A stretch of 64,000 bases of DNA. Origin: Anthoceros angustus. Its lineage: Eukaryota > Plantae > Anthocerotophyta. Location: the NCBI GenBank assembly GCA_010909165.1, contig MU008160.1, forward strand, positions 2,108,001 through 2,172,000, in the 5' to 3' direction. Position numbers and translations under genes: made by a program. Position 1 is the stretch's first letter. Each line of letters begins with the position of its first letter. Below, piece by piece: positions 59,125 to 64,000 of this stretch. The notes below the pieces were generated by a model. That model did not search any database. It saw only the letters and a list, made by a program, of their open reading frames with translations, and had not been told where the DNA came from.

Positions 59125-61408
59125 CAAACCGCAGGAATTGAGGAGCGAAAGGGTGATCTGGCGTTTAAAGGGAAGGGCTTGCAAAACAATTGGTGGACTG
59201 GGCGGAGAAGGTCCCAGAGGAGGAGCACCACAGAAGGTGGTGCAGGATGCTGGTGGTGAGGCGATTTTGGGACTATGCCCTTGAGTGAGGCCAACCGGTG
59301 AAGCGAGGGAGGAGAATGTGACCTCCATGTCAAGGTGGGAGACCACCATGAGACGCCACAAGGGTAGGTGTGAGGATGGAGAGTGGCCCACGGAGATTGA
59401 TGATCTCCAGATGCAGTATCATAGCTTAGGGGCTCACCTCCATAATAGGATTTTGAAGGCCAACAATGAGGTGCTACGGTTGGCCAAGAGGAGGACAATA
59501 GGTCCTCATGATGATGACAGGAAGGAGCTGCAGCAAGTGCAGCTGGAAGCCTCAGACTTCGACGAGGCTACAAGTGACATGGACTCCGAGGAATCTGGGG
59601 AGTCGGAAGGTGGAGAAGGCAGGCCGGGGAGCAAGGATGGCGTGAGGAGCAGGAGGGGGACAGCCCTCCGGTCACCCTACCGGTGGGTGACCAGCCTACT
59701 GATGATGCGGACTACCGTGGTGACAACAACCCTCTGGGTGAGTATGCGGACTAGGGTGGGCAGCTGCAGGCTTCTGAGCGAAGCGGAGGCTGGGAGGAAG
59801 GGCCGGGGCCTAGTGACACACCCCCTCGGGAATAGAGAGGAGGTGGGAGACAATCCACGGAGAGACCAAGGACGATCCGGCGTCGAGAAGGAGGGTGAGA
59901 ATTCCCTCACCCCTGGGATAAGGAAGAGCCAGGGGCCGGAGAGAGGCGATGCAAAAGGGCCGAAGAGTTAGACATGGCCGATTGGGGAAAAAGACTTTTG
60001 AGAAATGCTCCATGATAGGTATGGACAAACCAAACAGAGGAAGGAGCAAGGAGATCTCACCCAAGAGACATCACCGATGAGAAGAGAAGAAGGAGAAGGA
60101 TCGACTACCATGGTAGGTAGTCACCACCCCGTAGTCCGCCGACTACGGTAGGGGGTCGATAAACGGGCGCGACCAGCGGCGGTCGGAGAAAAGGGCGCTG
60201 CGAGGGGGGGCGCGATTGCGGAGGACCAGAGGAATCAGGCGCCACCTCATGGAGATGGAAGGAAGATTGTACTTGCCCCACACATTAGGAAGATGACAAG
60301 ATCGGGAAGGCAAGAGCAAAAGGAGGGCGAGGGAGCCAATCCAAGACGCCACACCAAAAAGGTGAAGACTAGATATGGTCAAAGACCATAAATGATGAGG
60401 AATAGAAGGATAGGTGGTGTATCGACATCCTTTAAGGATGATCTTAGGTGAAGTTACTAGAATAGAATTTACCAAGGATCGATAATAGATTTAGGTGCTG
60501 CATTAAATGTCAAGTAGGAAATAATAGAATATTGGAAAAGGTGACCGCAGAGGGTCACCTAAGGGAGGTTGTATGTGGAAGGCCTCCTATAAGAGGAGGA
60601 GGATTTCACAAAGTAAAGTATCACGTCTTGCGCCCACCCCATCGAGTCCTTTGCCATTACAGAGGAATTTCGTGTCACGTGAGCCAACGCACTGCAGAGA
60701 GGAAGTCATGTGGTCGGAGTGTTGGTGGAGGACTTGCTTGCAAGTGCCTAAACGAGTTGCTCCCTTGTGAATGGTTGCGTGAAATTGCTTTGCTTTGGGT
60801 GTGTGGCAATGCCTGTGAACTCGGCTTGAGGGTAGACTACAGGAAAGACTCGGAGGTTCTCAGCGTGTCAAACTCATAGCAACCGCCCAAGGAAGAACTT
60901 GCCGGGTGGAGGCCGACCTGTGCCAGCCGTAAGGGCGAGTCAAACCAAGAAGCCCGAATCGAGGTTAGAATAGGAGGAAGAGGATGAGAAGATGAGTAGA
61001 GGATTAGAGGTGTAGGTGTTAAGTGGCCACAGTGCAGAGCCTAAGGGACGAATCCCAAATCAAGTAAAAGAGCGCCCCGAGTGGAGAAGAGTGGTCTTAG
61101 AAGTAGGGACGAAATCGTGTGGATCTGGGGTCCCCTGGCGCCGTGATAGGCTCCTCCGCTAAGTGACAATTGTGTTGTGTCGCTAGGTCGAGGATTGGTG
61201 ATTTTCGAGGCAAGTGGTGCACCGAAGAGGGAGAGTAGAGGGCGCCTTGCTTTAGAAGGTCGAGAAGTTGTGTCTCCGCAGTAGCGACGTCATCACAAGA
61301 CCTCGAACTTTCACACAAGTCTCATGGGACGAAACCCAACGCACGGCGACAGTGGGATAAGTGGCCGCCAGAGGGGAGGATCTCGAAGCCCCGGGTTTTC
61401 CTACCACA
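59125..61408 (+). mobile_element. Large LTR family A'' (part 2), ORF2 C-terminus to LTR end
   Basis: KGRCEDGEWPTEIDDLQMQYHSLGAHLHNRILKANNEVLRLAKRRTIGPHDDDR. Ends GCCCCGGGTTTTCCTACCACA like LTR-A. Confidence 0.85.
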
Positions 61409-64000
61409 CGAGCCTATCTAGAACTCGCAGACCCAAAGATGTGAGAGTAGTGCCCACGTTTCTTAAGGGAGCCGCCCGCTATGGTGGGTTCAATTTTAGA
61501 TGCGGACACGCGGAGGCAACTGGACCTACTACCGCCGAGTTCAAGGATGGTGCGCTAAGTTTGCTCCTGCCGAGGGACTACGGTGTCGTTAGAGAAGCTC
61601 GCAAACAAGACCATCAGAGGCACCTACACCACCGAGTGTCGGCAGTTGGTAATGAGTATCCCTAGGATGACGGATGAGGAGAAGTTGGATCGGTACTCCC
61701 GTGGGCTGAAGCATGCAGTACGGAAGGATGTGGTGATGCACGCCAAGTGCAAGACATTCGAGGAGACTGTTACGACTGCCCAGCAGTCTAACGCACTGTA
61801 TCACGAGTTTAAAGGCTGGTACAAGCCAACTAGGACGTTCGGGGTCGGGCAGGGGGAGGCCACTCCGATGGAGCTCTATTCAGCATTCCGTGCGCTATAC
61901 CGCCAACAAGTATCGCTACCGACGCCTGGCCGACTTCCGCACGAGGAGTCGGACGTGGACGAAGGCGGTTCCATAACAACGGAGGAGGTAACCGTGAAGT
62001 GAACCTTGCACAGTGCACGGGCTGCCGCATATGAAACGGGCCCCCAGCAGCAGTAGGGTCGCAAGCTGCGTGGGCCGACCAGATAAACGCCAAGCCCCGA
62101 GATACCATATTCAGCAGGCCATATCAACGGATACCGAATCTTGAGATCAGTACTAATTTCCGCCCCATTGTTTTGCAAGGAAGGCGTTCGGATATCGGCA
62201 GCCTGTGGGTGCAATTAGCTAATGGTTATACACACACGCCCGTAAACCTACGGATGGGAGCGTCGTGAAAGGGTGAGCACCGGCGGTGGATTTGCGGTTT
62301 CACCACGAGCATGCGGAGGAGCATCAAGAAGAGGGGAGGGCACGGGATGACCCTGTTTGTCATCAAGGAGAGGCTCTGCCCTACACGACCCGACAAGCTT
62401 GTTGCCCCTGAAGGTGATGCTGGGATTACTCAAATCATGACTGATTTCCAGGACGTCCTTGTCAACACCTTGCCTGCGGGGTTGCCACCATCCAGGAGTG
62501 TTGACCATCGGATTAAGCTTGTGCCATGATTTCATAAACCCCCCTATCGACCAATATACCGGATGTCCCCGTTGGAAATTCAGGAGTCAACTTTGCAGGT
62601 GGAAGAGCTGCTACGCAAGGGCTACATAAGACCTTCCAAATCGCCATATGGGGCACCCATTTTGTTTTCGCGTAAGAAGAACGGTATTTACGCATGTGTA
62701 TTGACTATCGGGGTTGAACAACCTCACTAAGAAGAATACATTTCTCCTCGCATTGATGAATTGTTGAGGGATCGGCAGGGCCCGCTACTTCTCAAAGTTG
62801 GACTTAGGTAGTGGCTACCATCGATCGATTGCTGCCGGAGATGAGGAGAAGACGGCCTTTAATATTGTATGGCCACTATGAGTGGCTTGTTATGTCGCTT
62901 TGGCATGACAAACGCCCCTCGCATCATTCCAAAGCTCATGAACGATGTTTTCATGGCCTAATCAACAAAGGTATTTTGGTCTACCTTGATGACATACCGG
63001 TTTATGGTAGGGATAGGGCGAGTACCAGAACCTACGCGAGGCCCGCTACCGTGAAGCATCAACTGTATGTCCAAGCCCCGAAGTGTGAGATACTACAGCG
63101 GCAGGTAGAGTATCTTGGGCACATTGTCGAAGAAACCGGCATTCGGGTCGACCCAACCAAGGTACGGGTGGTCCGAGAATGGCCCACTCCATCACAAACA
63201 CGTGATGTACAAAGTTTTCTTGGCCTCGCATCTTACTATAGAAAATTTATCTTGGGTTTCGCTAAGACACCGCACTGCTGACGCCTTATTGCGTTAGGGT
63301 GGCATGGCTGGGCGTCAATGAAGGCCGCCTGCCATCAAGCGGCGCCACCACCGCCTCCCGCCCCAGACACCCGACCCGTCCGTGCCATTTATCATTACCA
63401 CAGACGCATCCGATATTGCTGTAGGGGCCATTCTACAGCAGGACCAAGGAGGGCAGTAGCCTACTGCCGGAAGCTTAAGGGCGCCGAACTCAATTGGACG
63501 ACAAGCGAGAAGGAGACGCGGCCTGTACTCGCATTAAAAACCGCGTTGTTTTGAAGGGGTAGCTTTGACCTCGAGATGCACCACCGCCCCTTTACTTACG
63601 CATACAGCATCTCTCTCAAGGTGCCCGTGGCTTGAATTCTGCGTAGCATCCAAAGATACTATCCGTTATGTCAAGGGGCGGCAGAATCAAGCTGCTGATG
63701 CCCTTAGTCGATTGCAGACTAATACTCTTGTCACTGAGGTACAGGTCCAGCCAACCTGGCACGTGGAGATTCGTGAGGCCCTTAGCGCCGATCACACCGC
63801 GGTGGCAGCATCCAAGGCGATTCAGGAGGGCTCCGCAGATTGGCAACTGCTGGATGGTTTACTGTGGTATAAGCAGCGCTTGTTTGTCCCCCAACTGCCA
63901 CATATCCATCGCCAAATCATGAGAGGCTCATACACCCTCCGCCGCCATCAAGGTGTTCACTGTGACCACACCCCTCGCTCTCCTACTTTTGGCCTTACCA
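61409..64000 (+). mobile_element. Chromovirus-like (Tcn1-type) Ty3/gypsy gag-pol, partial and frameshifted
   Basis: gag MTDEEKLDRYSRGLK...ATPMEL; LPAGLPPSRSVDHRIKLVP; RMCIDYR; YLDDI; VQSFLGLASYYRKFI; TTDASDIAVGAIL. Confidence 0.9.

Noticed and set aside
1-64000. Frameshifts as evidence of pseudogenisation or programmed frameshifting
   Set aside because: Similar indel density in rDNA and between near-identical LTR copies points to sequencing or consensus error.

Overview
This window is eukaryotic and almost entirely transposon-derived. It is most likely from a non-seed plant or streptophyte alga (inference from the plant-type 26S rDNA fragments and the Ty3/Copia lineages present). Indels are dense everywhere, even in rDNA, so the sequence looks like an unpolished long-read product and frameshifts cannot be read as real decay. 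No host protein gene was recognised. The window is a nested pile of retroelements. (1) A minus-strand Ty3/gypsy element carries a complete C5-cytosine DNA methyltransferase domain just upstream of RT. The domain is split into two pieces (35335-35560 and 14990-16089) by a ~19 kb nest of later insertions. An integrase fragment of the same lineage ends in a PHD finger. (2) Two gypsy families (A with relatives A' and A'', and B) have very long LTRs (~4.5-5 kb) that themselves contain two protein-coding regions and arrays of family-specific dyad motifs (A: CCTACC-N2-GGTAGG; B: CCGGACC-N4-GGTCCGG). (3) A patchwork of shuffled 26S rDNA, integrase and LTR fragments interrupts one LTR-A copy. (4) There is one full-length short-LTR Copia with a perfect TSD, three other LTR/PBS/gag 5' ends, a chromovirus-like gag-pol, a probable Sola-type DNA transposase fragment and an HNH-like fragment.
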